A stretch of DNA of 58,096 nt, taken from positions 1 through 58,096 of IMG/VR virus record IMGVR_UViG_3300032731_001278. One strand, 5' to 3'. The stretch is from a virus (taxonomy: Duplodnaviria > Caudoviricetes). The notes beneath the pieces are model-generated. The model was not told where the DNA came from. It saw only the letters and a program-made list of their open reading frames with translations, and made no database searches. Below are positions 44,957 to 54,125 of this stretch, piece by piece; the first letter of the stretch is position 1; the number at the start of each line of letters is the position of its first letter. Position numbers and translations under genes: made by a program.

Positions 44957-45298
44957 TTAGTAGAGATCCTCGCTGTCCAAACTTTCCGTTTTGCTGGCGA
45001 TCTGACCAGCGTTTCGGGCGATCATAGCCGCTTCCACCCGGTCAACGAATCGTCCCGTCGACGTCAAGAAGCCCTGAAGCTTGCCGGCGATCTGTTCGCA
45101 ACCGATTCGACGAATCTCTTCCGCAGTCAAGCCGTGCATCCAAGCCCGCAGCGTGGTGAAACAATCGCTATGACGCCAACCGCAAAAGACCAAACCGGTT
45201 TCTGGATAGCTGTATGACATGCGCTGGTGATCTAGTCCGTCGTCGACGTAGATGGCGGCGCATCGAATGGTCTCTTGATCTGAGCGGTTATTTGTCAT
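44957..45298 (-). CDS. Conserved hypothetical phage protein
   Basis: CAAI..G.RH..C..QGFLTS.GRFV.R.EA..IA..AGQ..L.SEDLY. Confidence 0.7.
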   Translation of the reverse strand: MTNNRSDQETIRCAAIYVDDGLDHQRMSYSYPETGLVFCGWRHSDCFTTLRAWMHGLTAEEIRRIGCEQIAGKLQGFLTSTGRFVDRVEAAMIARNAGQIASKTESLDSEDLY

Positions 45299-45543
45299 CG
45301 TTTTCTCGGCCAGATATCGGTTACGGGCAAGTCGTACGTTTCGCAAAAACGTTCCGCTTCTTGGAGCGTCGGAAAAGAGTCAAGCCAAAGCTCCTCTTCT
45401 TCAATCAAGACGCTCCATTGCCACGGACCAGCCTCGTTGTTTTCGTGGATTACGACGCGTTCGTGGGTAGCGAACGCTTCAGCGGCACGGGTGTGAACGT
45501 CGGACGGAAGCTTCTTGTCAAGAAGGATGGGCGGCGTCTTCAT
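45295..45543 (-). CDS. Hypothetical protein
   Basis: AAGG RBS; ATGA overlap. Confidence 0.55.
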   Translation of the reverse strand: MKTPPILLDKKLPSDVHTRAAEAFATHERVVIHENNEAGPWQWSVLIEEEELWLDSFPTLQEAERFCETYDLPVTDIWPRKR

Positions 45544-45562
45544 TTCTCAACCTTTCAGGAAG

Positions 45563-45592
45563 TTTATAGCACGTCTTAGCTAAGTGGGTCAA
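45563..45592 (-). promoter_or_regulatory. Sigma70-type promoter with CTTAGCTAAG box
   Basis: TTGACC-18nt-TATAAA with TG extension. Confidence 0.6.
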
Positions 45593-45861
45593 GTATCGTT
45601 ATCGGTTAGCTTGACCCAAGGATCGTTGTAGACGCATGTGTAGCTGTTTTTGATGGCTTCTTTCATCGTTAAATCAGGACGGTGGTTCGGATCAAATTCT
45701 GTTCGTCGATGAAGAATTTCAACCAACCCACGCCGTTTGAGTGCGTTCAACGTGTTGTGGGTGTAGTACCCACCGACGTCGATCTGTACCCACAGCTCAT
45801 CGGCGTCATGCTCGAGTAGGTATCGCAGACAATCTTTCATGGTTCGTGAGAGAGGTTTCAT
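45589..45861 (-). CDS. Small wHTH-like hypothetical protein
   Basis: TLNALKRRGLVE. Confidence 0.55.
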   Translation of the reverse strand: MKPLSRTMKDCLRYLLEHDADELWVQIDVGGYYTHNTLNALKRRGLVEILHRRTEFDPNHRPDLTMKEAIKNSYTCVYNDPWVKLTDNDT

Positions 45862-46889
45862 AACACCTCCTTAAATAATAGCGTTTCAGAATCGTTGTTG
45901 TAGAAGCTTTTGACGATAGCTCCATATAGCTTATTGATGGCTTTGAAATTCGGTTTCTTCGGAAGAGTGCAGCGATCTACTTCAGCTTCGATGTCATCTA
46001 TCATTCGCTCAGCCCATTCGATCAACTTTTCGTAGTTCCACCCGCCATCTCTGATGTTAAGGAGGAAGTCTCGATCGTCCCGCCACACAACAACCTCGCC
46101 GCTTTTTATGATGTCGAGACCAACAAGTAAAAGTCTGGCTAAATGCATCCCATGTTTCGAATCGAAGTGTGCTTTAGCTTCCAGAGCCGCTCGTGCTGGG
46201 TTCCTGTTCTTACGCCAGGTTTCGAATTGCTTCCACGTTTCCATGAGTCGAGCGTAGTTTTTCTCTTGGCGAATGGCGTCTATGAGGTAGTCCGAAAGCC
46301 CTAGTTCCTGAAGTTTTTCCGCGTTCATGGTGTTGAATGCTGAGAGCTGTTCTTTATTCAGAAGCTTACGATGTTCAGGTAAACCCATCGCAAATCGATC
46401 AGGCTTCGTTGGCGGGTTATCCAACCATTTCTTATGGCTTTTGATTCTCTTGAGCTGAGCGATGGCGTAGCCAACGTAGGCATGTCGTGCCTGTTGGGTA
46501 ACAAAGAGCTGGGCGTTCTCGCGCAACGCTTCGCCTTCGGGCGTGGTATAGAGCACGTCTTCGTCTCGGCAGAAGATGGTTTGCCATATGGTTGGGTTGC
46601 ATTTGGCCGCTAGGCTCATGTACTTGCGGAGGTTGTAGACGGTGCCCTCGCAACCGTTCTGTTCACCGATGAGCCGTAGCTCGGTATCCATGTAGCCCAT
46701 AGCGGTCTTAGCTACTTGAGTACCTTCGGTTTGTTCCCACTCTTTATCCAAGGTGTAGAGCGAAGATTGAGGCGGAATACCGACGCCCATAACGTCGATA
46801 TCCGAATCTTCGCGAGCTAGGCCGCAGACTCGGGAGCCGCCTAGCGTTAGAAGAATGAGCCCGTTTTTGAGGTTGTTTGAAGAGTTCAT
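45858..46889 (-). CDS. DNA pol-beta superfamily nucleotidyltransferase (RlaP/YcgL-like)
   Basis: GSRVCGL..SDID.G; L.K.NP; GYA..Q; D.K..MHL.RLL; LL.IR.G. Confidence 0.85.
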   Translation of the reverse strand: MNSSNNLKNGLILLTLGGSRVCGLAREDSDIDVMGVGIPPQSSLYTLDKEWEQTEGTQVAKTAMGYMDTELRLIGEQNGCEGTVYNLRKYMSLAAKCNPTIWQTIFCRDEDVLYTTPEGEALRENAQLFVTQQARHAYVGYAIAQLKRIKSHKKWLDNPPTKPDRFAMGLPEHRKLLNKEQLSAFNTMNAEKLQELGLSDYLIDAIRQEKNYARLMETWKQFETWRKNRNPARAALEAKAHFDSKHGMHLARLLLVGLDIIKSGEVVVWRDDRDFLLNIRDGGWNYEKLIEWAERMIDDIEAEVDRCTLPKKPNFKAINKLYGAIVKSFYNNDSETLLFKEVL

Positions 46890-47302
46890 CTCAATCCTCG
46901 ATCTTCGTCAAGGTGTAGCCCAACGCTTCTGCCTTCCGCTTCTGCCTTCCGCTTCAGCTCAGCGAGCCGCCAGGTGTGGATTGATTTATCTTCTTCTTCG
47001 CGCCACCACTGTGAGAACGCGTCACGTTCCACTGGCGAGATTCTGTTGAGTCGAAGTAACGTATTGGCGACAAACAACGCGCCCGTGCTATACAAGCCGC
47101 CATGGACGCCGTCGATGTTTTCTGGAACGCCGTTGTACAAGTAGATCAACTTCCCACTTTTGAACTCGAGTAACGCGTTTCCGTTTTCGAAGGTGAACGA
47201 TCGGATCTTGTCGAAAGCGCCTTGTCTTCCAAGGTATTCAGACTCGACTCTCGAAAGGAGATGGTGAACTTCAGCTATCGGTTCGGTCATTACTTCCTCC
47301 AA
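46886..47302 (-). CDS. Hypothetical protein
   Basis: Overlap-coupled ORF. Confidence 0.55.
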   Translation of the reverse strand: MEEVMTEPIAEVHHLLSRVESEYLGRQGAFDKIRSFTFENGNALLEFKSGKLIYLYNGVPENIDGVHGGLYSTGALFVANTLLRLNRISPVERDAFSQWWREEEDKSIHTWRLAELKRKAEAEGRSVGLHLDEDRGLR

Positions 47303-47652
47303 GTGTACTGGGGCGGTTCATTCATAGATGGTAACCCTTCGATTTCTACGTCGATAGCGTCGGGTACCAAACCCCGCCGAACGCGTCCAATCCAGGCGAT
47401 GACGGCATCGTTATACTGGTATGGTTCGGCTGAGTTGTGGTCGAGCACGATCGTCCCGAAACTTTCGCATCGAACAACCAACCTGTTACCGCTCGTGCCC
47501 TTACCCTTCTTGACGACGTGTTTGACAAAATGATCTCGTCGACCGCTTAGAATTTTGTGGTCGCCGCTGTAGTACCCAAGGACTATGTCGGCGCGATACC
47601 CATCCAGGGTTTCGTTGATCTCGCGGGCTAGAGTTGGTAGGCGCTTACTCAT
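47290..47652 (-). CDS. Hypothetical protein
   Basis: 120-aa ORF. Confidence 0.55.
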   Translation of the reverse strand: MSKRLPTLAREINETLDGYRADIVLGYYSGDHKILSGRRDHFVKHVVKKGKGTSGNRLVVRCESFGTIVLDHNSAEPYQYNDAVIAWIGRVRRGLVPDAIDVEIEGLPSMNEPPQYTWRK

Positions 47653-47662
47653 CGTCAGTTTC

Positions 47663-47971
47663 CTATTCCACCTCTTCGACCATCAGGTTCGCACGCCGGC
47701 CGTCACCAGCTTCTTCAGCCGCTTTGCATCCGTATGGAAACTGCATGTTGAACTGTCCCCAGCTCGGCTGAATCATGTGGTATTCGCCGTCGTCTTCGAG
47801 AAATCCCCAGTAATCGGATTCTTCGCTGGGTAGACACTCGCGAACAATGACGGTGCAACATTCGTCAGGTTTGAGGCCGCACATACTCATCTGCGCATAG
47901 TTGCGGTAGAAGTAAAAATACATACCGCCGTCGAATAGCTTGGTGTAGAAGTGGTGAATTGGTAGCGTCAT
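47663..47971 (-). CDS. Hypothetical protein
   Basis: GAGGAG RBS; 102 aa. Confidence 0.6.
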   Translation of the reverse strand: MTLPIHHFYTKLFDGGMYFYFYRNYAQMSMCGLKPDECCTVIVRECLPSEESDYWGFLEDDGEYHMIQPSWGQFNMQFPYGCKAAEEAGDGRRANLMVEEVE

Positions 47972-47974
47972 GAT

Positions 47975-48643
47975 TCACTCCTCTTCTTGACCTTCAGGCG
48001 CTTCCAACGCTTTCAACTCTTCCAAACGACGCAGACCCAAGCGTGTAAGCGTGCCGCTAATGAAAGCATCCGCCTCAGCTTTGATGGACGTTACCGTTCG
48101 CTCAGCAGCGCGACGAAATTGATCGAGGTAAAATGGCTGGTTGCTTTCGACTTCTTGGAAGATGCGATGCAACATTTTTTTGATTTTCACCTTGTCCACC
48201 GCGCTCACTCGTCCAGATAGCAGCTCTTCGATTTCATCTCTGTAGTCATGGATTTCGCTCGATAACTTCGCAGCCTGCTCCTCGAAATATTCGGCGGCAT
48301 GCTCCACGTCACTAGGGAGATCGGGCGGGTCGTCGACCGACTTCAATTCGCCGTTCTCGCGGAGGCGTATCATGGTCCCTGGCGTCCCGTAGCCAACGTT
48401 CATGGTGGTAAGCAACGTTGCGAACTGGGCGGCGGAAAGACGGACGCGAATCAACTCGCCGAGTCCGTGGTAATGCGCTTCGCCGTAATCGTCAACCTGT
48501 TCCGCTCGGCAAATCGATAATTCGACGATTTCGGGATGTCGATCTAACGGTGAGCCAAAAAGCTTCGTAGCGCCACCGCAATGGACGCGATGAAACCCAA
48601 CCGTGACGTAGCTTTCATGCGTATGGCTCTTCTTTTCATTCAT
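47975..48643 (-). CDS. Conserved hypothetical phage protein
   Basis: H.SY..LFGS..L.I..A..I.V.LS.AQFA..T.MN.G.G.P.T..SN.PF..QF pattern; AGGAG RBS. Confidence 0.75.
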   Translation of the reverse strand: MNEKKSHTHESYVTVGFHRVHCGGATKLFGSPLDRHPEIVELSICRAEQVDDYGEAHYHGLGELIRVRLSAAQFATLLTTMNVGYGTPGTMIRLRENGELKSVDDPPDLPSDVEHAAEYFEEQAAKLSSEIHDYRDEIEELLSGRVSAVDKVKIKKMLHRIFQEVESNQPFYLDQFRRAAERTVTSIKAEADAFISGTLTRLGLRRLEELKALEAPEGQEEE

Positions 48644-48668
48644 CGTTCATCTCCTAACTTCTGGAGAC

Positions 48669-48698
48669 AAACTACCACGACGTTAACGTAGGAGTCAA
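48669..48698 (-). promoter_or_regulatory. Sigma70-type promoter
   Basis: TTGACT-18nt-TAGTTT with TG extension. Confidence 0.55.
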
Positions 48699-48743
48699 CA
48701 GGTTTGTTCAGCAGTTAGCTAGAAGGGAACGGAAGGTGGGGAA

Positions 48744-49448
48744 TCACTCAGCGGAGTCGTCGTCCGCAGCTGGTTCTTCGACGGGTTCTTCGGGCGTCGT
48801 GAAGTCCAAGCCGCACCCGGCGTAGTCGACATCGAACTCAGGAATCTCGGTACCGTCCTTGCCGTTCACACCGTCAATGACGGTGGTTGTCACCAGCACG
48901 GAAATGGAGTCCATCATCGACATAGCGATCTGACCTTCGATGCATTTCTGGCCAGAGGTAGGAAGGTTCGGTTCGATGGAGGCCTTCACCAGCAGCGCGC
49001 CGGCAGGTACGAAGGTCTTGATGGCGGCTTCAACCTGGACGTTGGGCTTGGTGGGCGGCCACGGGTCGGGCTTGCCTTCCATGGTCATGCAACGGTCGAA
49101 TACCACCGGCCCACCCATCAGATGGATTTTACCGTCGGGGTCGGCGGCTTCCGCAACAATCGCGTCGACATTGCTTTCAGCGATGGCGATACCGGCTTTG
49201 GAACCGTCCGCGATCATGCACGGGTCGAACTGCGGCTGTTCGTTCAGCGTGGCGGCAGCCTCGATCACATCGATGATTCCGATGGCTACGGCACCACCAG
49301 CCTTGATGAGCGTACCGATGTCCGCTGGTTCAGCGGTCACGGGTGCGTCATCGTCAGCGGGTTCGTCGTTGCAGCTGTCGATGCCCATCAGGGTCGGGGT
49401 GATGGCGATCATCAAGATAGCCAGGGTTAGGTTCAAGTAATTACGCAT
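48744..49448 (-). CDS. Putative lipoprotein/secreted acidic protein
   Basis: AAGGAG RBS; MRNY + hydrophobic stretch + LMGIDSC. Confidence 0.65.
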   Translation of the reverse strand: MRNYLNLTLAILMIAITPTLMGIDSCNDEPADDDAPVTAEPADIGTLIKAGGAVAIGIIDVIEAAATLNEQPQFDPCMIADGSKAGIAIAESNVDAIVAEAADPDGKIHLMGGPVVFDRCMTMEGKPDPWPPTKPNVQVEAAIKTFVPAGALLVKASIEPNLPTSGQKCIEGQIAMSMMDSISVLVTTTVIDGVNGKDGTEIPEFDVDYAGCGLDFTTPEEPVEEPAADDDSAE

Positions 49449-50202
49449 TCGTTTTCTCCTTTTGCAGTTCTGAAAGCAACTCTTTCGTGTGTACTTCAAG
49501 ATCTGCGATGGTTCCAGAGTTGGAAAGTGTTGCACTGTACCACGAATCGGGAATTCGTTCTTGTTCCACCTCACTGGCGTGGTTTGCGATTCCCGTAGAA
49601 ACCTTATCGGTATTGGGACGAACGACATGGACAAGTTCCCCGCCGTTGACTTTGATTGCTTTAGCTTCGTTGATGAAGCGGACGTCGGAAATCACCACCC
49701 CTGGAATCAGATGGTGTATTCCACCGTACTTAATGCTTTTGGCGAATGGAATTGGCGTAACGACGTCCGCTAGGATTAGCCCGGCTCGTTGAAGGGCTAG
49801 ATCAACCCAGATATCCGGGTAAATAGCGCGGCCGTAGTTGGTCCCGATTAGCTGAAGAAAAATACGCGGGGAAAGCGGCGCCGTCGTTACGCTAGGTTCG
49901 TGGCAAGCTGGGCAATGCGGGGTGTCGCGTGAGAATTCTGGTGGTTCGCCGTCGCGAGTAAGGCAATCATCCAACTGACCAAACCAATCGCAATTTAAAC
50001 AGGTGGATACGTTACTTCTTGAGTCGGGCGTGGAACGTAGTTCGCTCGCGCCCCAAAGTTGCTCGTCACTCCACCCCATAACGTCTTGAGCGAATTGCTT
50101 CATAGGATCCGCCAGCGCGATAGCTGCGTACCCCTGTTCAATCATGAACTTGGTAACCTCACCCTTGCCGCTCCCGGCCTTACCTACTAACCCGATCAGC
50201 AT
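49441..50202 (-). CDS. Deoxynucleoside monophosphate kinase with a zinc-ribbon insertion
   Basis: GKAGSGK, LADPMK, SPR.FLQ.IGT..GR..D.WV, SDVRF.NE, H.SE; insert CLNC..CPAC. Confidence 0.88.
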   Translation of the reverse strand: MLIGLVGKAGSGKGEVTKFMIEQGYAAIALADPMKQFAQDVMGWSDEQLWGASELRSTPDSRSNVSTCLNCDWFGQLDDCLTRDGEPPEFSRDTPHCPACHEPSVTTAPLSPRIFLQLIGTNYGRAIYPDIWVDLALQRAGLILADVVTPIPFAKSIKYGGIHHLIPGVVISDVRFINEAKAIKVNGGELVHVVRPNTDKVSTGIANHASEVEQERIPDSWYSATLSNSGTIADLEVHTKELLSELQKEKTNA

Positions 50203-50222
50203 GTCTATCCCTTCAGGCGCAA

Positions 50223-50259
50223 CACCACGTTCCGGGCAAAATCGTCCCGGAACGTGGTG
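50223..50259. other. Perfect 14-bp intergenic hairpin
   Basis: CACCACGTTCCGGG-9nt-CCCGGAACGTGGTG; no U-tract. Confidence 0.7.
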
Positions 50260-50274
50260 CGCGTTGTTGTTGAA

Positions 50275-50760
50275 CTACTTCTTCAGGGTCTTCTCGATGC
50301 GGTCAGCGAGACCCTTGAGACCGTTCTCTTTGGCCCACTCGATGCAGTCGCTAGACTTGCGGAAGCCAAGCCCACCCATGACGGCGGTATTGGAAAACGG
50401 CAGATCTTCAATCTGATTCCAGATCTTGAGCCGGTCTTCGTTGGTGTACTTGCGGGGCTTGCCTTGTCGACGGAACGCCTTGATACCCAGCGTGTTGCGA
50501 ACGGAACTGATGCGGGCTACTGAGCTGGGCGAGTCGTTGTTGAAGTGCTTCTTGCTGATTTCGATATCGAAGTTGGTACCGAGATCATGAAGCCAGCCGG
50601 GACCAAGTAGCCCGCGGTGGTCGGTAATATCTTCGGCTCGGCGAGCTTCCGATACGTCCTTGAGAAACCGCGCGGCAGTCTGGTTGACGCTTTCCTTGCC
50701 GATCGCTAGCGTCTTGAGCGCTGCTTCAACTTCCTTTGAGATCTGAACTTTCAATTCCAT
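50275..50760 (-). CDS. Hypothetical protein (possible RHH/HTH DNA-binding)
   Basis: 161 aa; AAGGG RBS. Confidence 0.6.
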   Translation of the reverse strand: MELKVQISKEVEAALKTLAIGKESVNQTAARFLKDVSEARRAEDITDHRGLLGPGWLHDLGTNFDIEISKKHFNNDSPSSVARISSVRNTLGIKAFRRQGKPRKYTNEDRLKIWNQIEDLPFSNTAVMGGLGFRKSSDCIEWAKENGLKGLADRIEKTLKK

Positions 50761-50859
50761 GATAACCCTTTCTTGCGTTCTATGATGATGCTAAATGTTA
50801 GCACCCCGTCCATTACCGCTCATTTTTATACACCATCTTTCATTCTGGCGCAAGCCGCT

Positions 50860-51453
50860 TTAGCGGTTTTCGAGAATCAGGTTACCACCGCTATCAACCG
50901 GTAGTGAATCCCAATCACACTTTTTCCTAGCTATGTCGATAAAATAGGTACGACGGTTTAGCGCGTGGGCGTACTCAAGGCAGTTGGAAGTTCCACCCCG
51001 TTGGCCGCCCCAAGCCCCGCATAGATACGTACAGGCGTTAACCATGCAACGGTTGCGGTGGTTTAGCAACGCGCCGATGGTCTTCCAGTTGTTGGGCGGG
51101 AACGTTTCGGAACAGTCCACCACTAGCGCGGCCTGTTCGAGTAAAGCCGTCCATCTATCACGATCTTTTTCTTGCCACGCCCGGTCCGTAAATCGAATCC
51201 ACTCACCACTTTCCGCTTTCTTCCAACCCGTTTGCGTGTCAGCGGGGATGTAGGCGTGAAGGGGAACGTCGAACTCGAGCGCAACGTCGGCCCACCACGT
51301 ATCCACCTTCAAAGCCATTCCGGAAATGGCAACTACGTCGTCTTTGAGATTCTTGACAGCGCGGCCCAAGAAGGCGCGTAGTTGTTGGTGAACCCAAACC
51401 GAATCGATATCGGTGAGTCGACGCGGACCCGTTACGGCAATAGCAACCGTCAC
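50860..51453 (-). CDS. SLOG superfamily (YspA/DUF1273-like) protein
   Basis: AVTGPR, ISGMAL.VD, RN.CMV, GGT..C..YA. Confidence 0.8.
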   Translation of the reverse strand: MTVAIAVTGPRRLTDIDSVWVHQQLRAFLGRAVKNLKDDVVAISGMALKVDTWWADVALEFDVPLHAYIPADTQTGWKKAESGEWIRFTDRAWQEKDRDRWTALLEQAALVVDCSETFPPNNWKTIGALLNHRNRCMVNACTYLCGAWGGQRGGTSNCLEYAHALNRRTYFIDIARKKCDWDSLPVDSGGNLILENR

Positions 51454-51962
51454 TTCTTACCCAGGAAAGTTTTTAGCTGGATGAGTTGCGTTTCGACAGC
51501 GAGTCGTTTGATGGACTCGACGAGGTAGGGCCGTACGCTCTCGAGGGTGGCGCCCCGCTTCGATTTGGGAGTCGTGGCAGCCGCCGCCGCGATTGCGCCG
51601 AGAATGACGCCTGGTACCTCCGGTACGCTGTTGTGGAGCTTCAACTTCTTACGAATGATTAACGCTTGTTCGCGAATGGTTCGTAGTTCCTTTTTGCAGT
51701 TGTCCCAAAACCACGTCTCGAAGTCTTGTAGTGCCGCTAGGACGATTGGGTCAACCGTCTCGCCGGCTTCGCTCGGCGGAGCCGCAACCGGGTGGAACTG
51801 TACGTTTTCGCACTGGCCAACGATCTCGTCGGTGCCGTCCTTCTCGTCAGCTACCGCTTTGACAAGCTGGAAGCCGCTCACGTCGAGATGCCAGCTTCCA
51901 TCTTGAATCTTCTTGATTTGTTCAAGGGGAAGTGTTTCGGGAACTACGATGGTGATTTTCAA
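51450..51962 (-). CDS. Hypothetical protein
   Basis: GGAGG RBS before TTG 51962; TTGA overlap. Confidence 0.55.
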   Translation of the reverse strand: MKITIVVPETLPLEQIKKIQDGSWHLDVSGFQLVKAVADEKDGTDEIVGQCENVQFHPVAAPPSEAGETVDPIVLAALQDFETWFWDNCKKELRTIREQALIIRKKLKLHNSVPEVPGVILGAIAAAAATTPKSKRGATLESVRPYLVESIKRLAVETQLIQLKTFLGKK

Positions 51963-52324
51963 GAGCTTTCCTCCATCATTAAAGAGGTGAGCATGGCCGG
52001 CGCATCGGCGATTTGTTCCGCTTGCTGTTTCAGGAATAGCTGAACGCGCTCGTTGTACATCACCACGCATTTGTCGAATGGAAAGATGTCGATTTCATGT
52101 TCGACAGCTGTTCCGTCTTCAATCGCTTGCTTGAAGATACCCCACTCATTCACGGCTTTCGCGGCATCGCCATCGCTAGGTACAGAGAAGCGATGAATCA
52201 AAGCAACGGAGCGGTAGGTTCCTTCGAACTTGCAAGCGCAGTCAACCAGGATAGCCCACGGGCTTTCGTCGGGTCCTTGGAAGACATCCAGGTATTGATA
52301 TGCAATTTGTTCGGTAGCTGTCAT
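51959..52324 (-). CDS. Hypothetical protein
   Basis: ATGA overlap. Confidence 0.55.
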   Translation of the reverse strand: MTATEQIAYQYLDVFQGPDESPWAILVDCACKFEGTYRSVALIHRFSVPSDGDAAKAVNEWGIFKQAIEDGTAVEHEIDIFPFDKCVVMYNERVQLFLKQQAEQIADAPAMLTSLMMEESS

Positions 52325-52650
52325 AGGGTCACCACGGGCGGCGCGTCTTCCAGGTAGATGTGGTCAACGCCAACCGGTCCTTCGCCGCCAAGTACTTCCT
52401 CGAGAAGTTCGTCTTGTTCGACGGCCGCTTTCTTTCGGTTTGGTTTTTCGTCACGCTTGAACATGGCGGCTTGTTCTTCGCGCCATTTTTGCGGGACTGG
52501 AATCTGCGGCGGTCCCAAGCCGTGTAGCCATACCAAGCCTTGGATGCCGTAGTAGACGACCGCGAAGGGGATAGCTACAGCTGCGGCTACGAAGACGACC
52601 ATGAAAACGAGGCCGATAAGACCGCCGAAGATTCCAAGTAAGGTTTCCAT
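52321..52650 (-). CDS. Membrane-anchored hypothetical protein
   Basis: N-terminal hydrophobic helix. Confidence 0.55.
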   Translation of the reverse strand: METLLGIFGGLIGLVFMVVFVAAAVAIPFAVVYYGIQGLVWLHGLGPPQIPVPQKWREEQAAMFKRDEKPNRKKAAVEQDELLEEVLGGEGPVGVDHIYLEDAPPVVTL

Positions 52651-52677
52651 ATTAGCTAACACCTTTCGTTACTGAAG

Positions 52678-52706
52678 AATGTAACACGCTCGGTTAGCTG
52701 AGTCAA
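52678..52706 (-). promoter_or_regulatory. Sigma70-type promoter with TCAGCTAA box; second TTAGCTAA at 52652-52659 next to the start codon
   Basis: TTGACT-17nt-TACATT. Confidence 0.6.
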
Positions 52707-52718
52707 GAAGGGAGTGGG

Positions 52719-54125
52719 CTAGAAGGGGATCTCACCGAGATCGGGATTCGCGGGCGCTTCTTCAGTCGCCTCTTCGGGCTCGGGCGCCGTCTCCTGGGGC
52801 GGGTCGGGATTGTCGTCGTTGGTGACGACGACTTCGCGCTTGGTCTTCTTGGTAGCCTTCTTTTCCGCAGCCTTGGCCTCCTTCGCCGCGGCCTTCTCGA
52901 CCTTCTTGGCTTCCGCCGCCGCCTTCACTTCAGCCGTTTTCGCGTCCGCAGCAACCTTCTTCTCAGTCGCCTTAGCCTCCTTGGCGGCGGCCTTTTCAGC
53001 AGCCTTTGCTTCTGCTGCTTCCTTCTTCGCGGCTTCTTTCTCCGCCTTCTTCGCTTCGGCAACCTTCTTCTTTTCAGCGGCCTTCGCTTCTTTGGCGGCT
53101 TCCTTCTCAGCGATCTTCGCGGCCTTCTTCGCTTCCTTTTCAGCCTTCTTCTTCTCGGCCGCTTCCGCCTTTTCAATAGCCTTCGCCGCCTTCTTCTCGG
53201 CCGCCTTGTCGTCCCGGATCGGCCCGGTGTAGCCGCCCAAGATCTTGTCGATGTCGACGCCTTCGGGGAGGGTGAAACCGGCATAGGTGAAGGCTTCTTC
53301 GAGGCTCATCTCACCCGCAGCGAAGCGAATACCCGCCTCGAACCCATTGGCTCCGCGCTCCTCGAGTTCGGTCGGCGAGCTTTCGGGAATCAGCTTGGCG
53401 ACTTCCATCAGGACCTTCTTGCCGGGAACGGAAGGCTTGCCCTTCTTGCGGGCGATCTCCTGCGGGGCGGGCTTGCCCTTCTTCTTGGCTTCCTTGGCGA
53501 CCTCAACCTGCCGCTCCTGTTCCTCGGGGTCCGCTTCCGTGGAGATCAGGTGTGCAGCCTGTTCGGTGATTTCCTTCTTCCGAACAGCTTCCTTGACGAC
53601 GGGCTCAGCTTGCTTGGCGAAGCTCAGGACGCGGCTGACCCACGTTTCGCTCTTGCCGAGCCGACGCGCGATGGCGCGGTTGGTGAAGCCGTTGGGATTG
53701 GTCACCTTGTTCTTCGCTAGCTTGAGCAAGCTGTCAGCCATTTCCAGGTTGGAAAGCGGGTCGCGCTGGATGTTGGCGCCGACGATCCGGAACTGAGCTT
53801 CCTGGAGTTCACCTTCCCACTGGACAACCGCGACGGACTCGAAGGCGTCCGGCATGGCGTCGTAGGTTTCGCCGTCGTACTTGAAACCTTCACGGATCAG
53901 CTTGATCGCGGCCATCCGCCGCCAGCCGTCGAGCAAGAAGTACTTGACCTTCTTGCTCTTGCCGACGCTGCGCCAAACGAGCGGGCCGTAGGTCAACCCG
54001 TTTTCACGAATATCGACAGCCAGCTCTTCCACGTTGGTGAGCACGGTACGGGGGTTGACGAGTTCGTCGTGGGTCTCGATGTTGGCGCGAGAGATCTCGG
54101 TCGCCTTCTGTCGCTTCATGGTCAT
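52719..54125 (-). CDS. ParB-like protein with a long Lys/Ala/Glu tail and SSB-like C-terminus
   Basis: NPR..VEELA.DI.ENGL..P..LLDGWRR..A, ANIQR.PLS.LE.A, HTH TNRAIARRLGKSETWVSR; ends DLGEIPF. Confidence 0.85.
   Translation of the reverse strand: MTMKRQKATEISRANIETHDELVNPRTVLTNVEELAVDIRENGLTYGPLVWRSVGKSKKVKYFLLDGWRRMAAIKLIREGFKYDGETYDAMPDAFESVAVVQWEGELQEAQFRIVGANIQRDPLSNLEMADSLLKLAKNKVTNPNGFTNRAIARRLGKSETWVSRVLSFAKQAEPVVKEAVRKKEITEQAAHLISTEADPEEQERQVEVAKEAKKKGKPAPQEIARKKGKPSVPGKKVLMEVAKLIPESSPTELEERGANGFEAGIRFAAGEMSLEEAFTYAGFTLPEGVDIDKILGGYTGPIRDDKAAEKKAAKAIEKAEAAEKKKAEKEAKKAAKIAEKEAAKEAKAAEKKKVAEAKKAEKEAAKKEAAEAKAAEKAAAKEAKATEKKVAADAKTAEVKAAAEAKKVEKAAAKEAKAAEKKATKKTKREVVVTNDDNPDPPQETAPEPEEATEEAPANPDLGEIPF

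Noticed and set aside
50223-50259. Hairpin as a rho-independent terminator
   Set aside because: No U-tract on the coding strand; kept only as an unexplained stem-loop.
52810-53796. Antisense ORFs over parB (likewise 18555-19441, 48940-49440, 54440-55138)
   Set aside because: Shadow frames of GC-rich or low-complexity genes, with no RBS or motifs.
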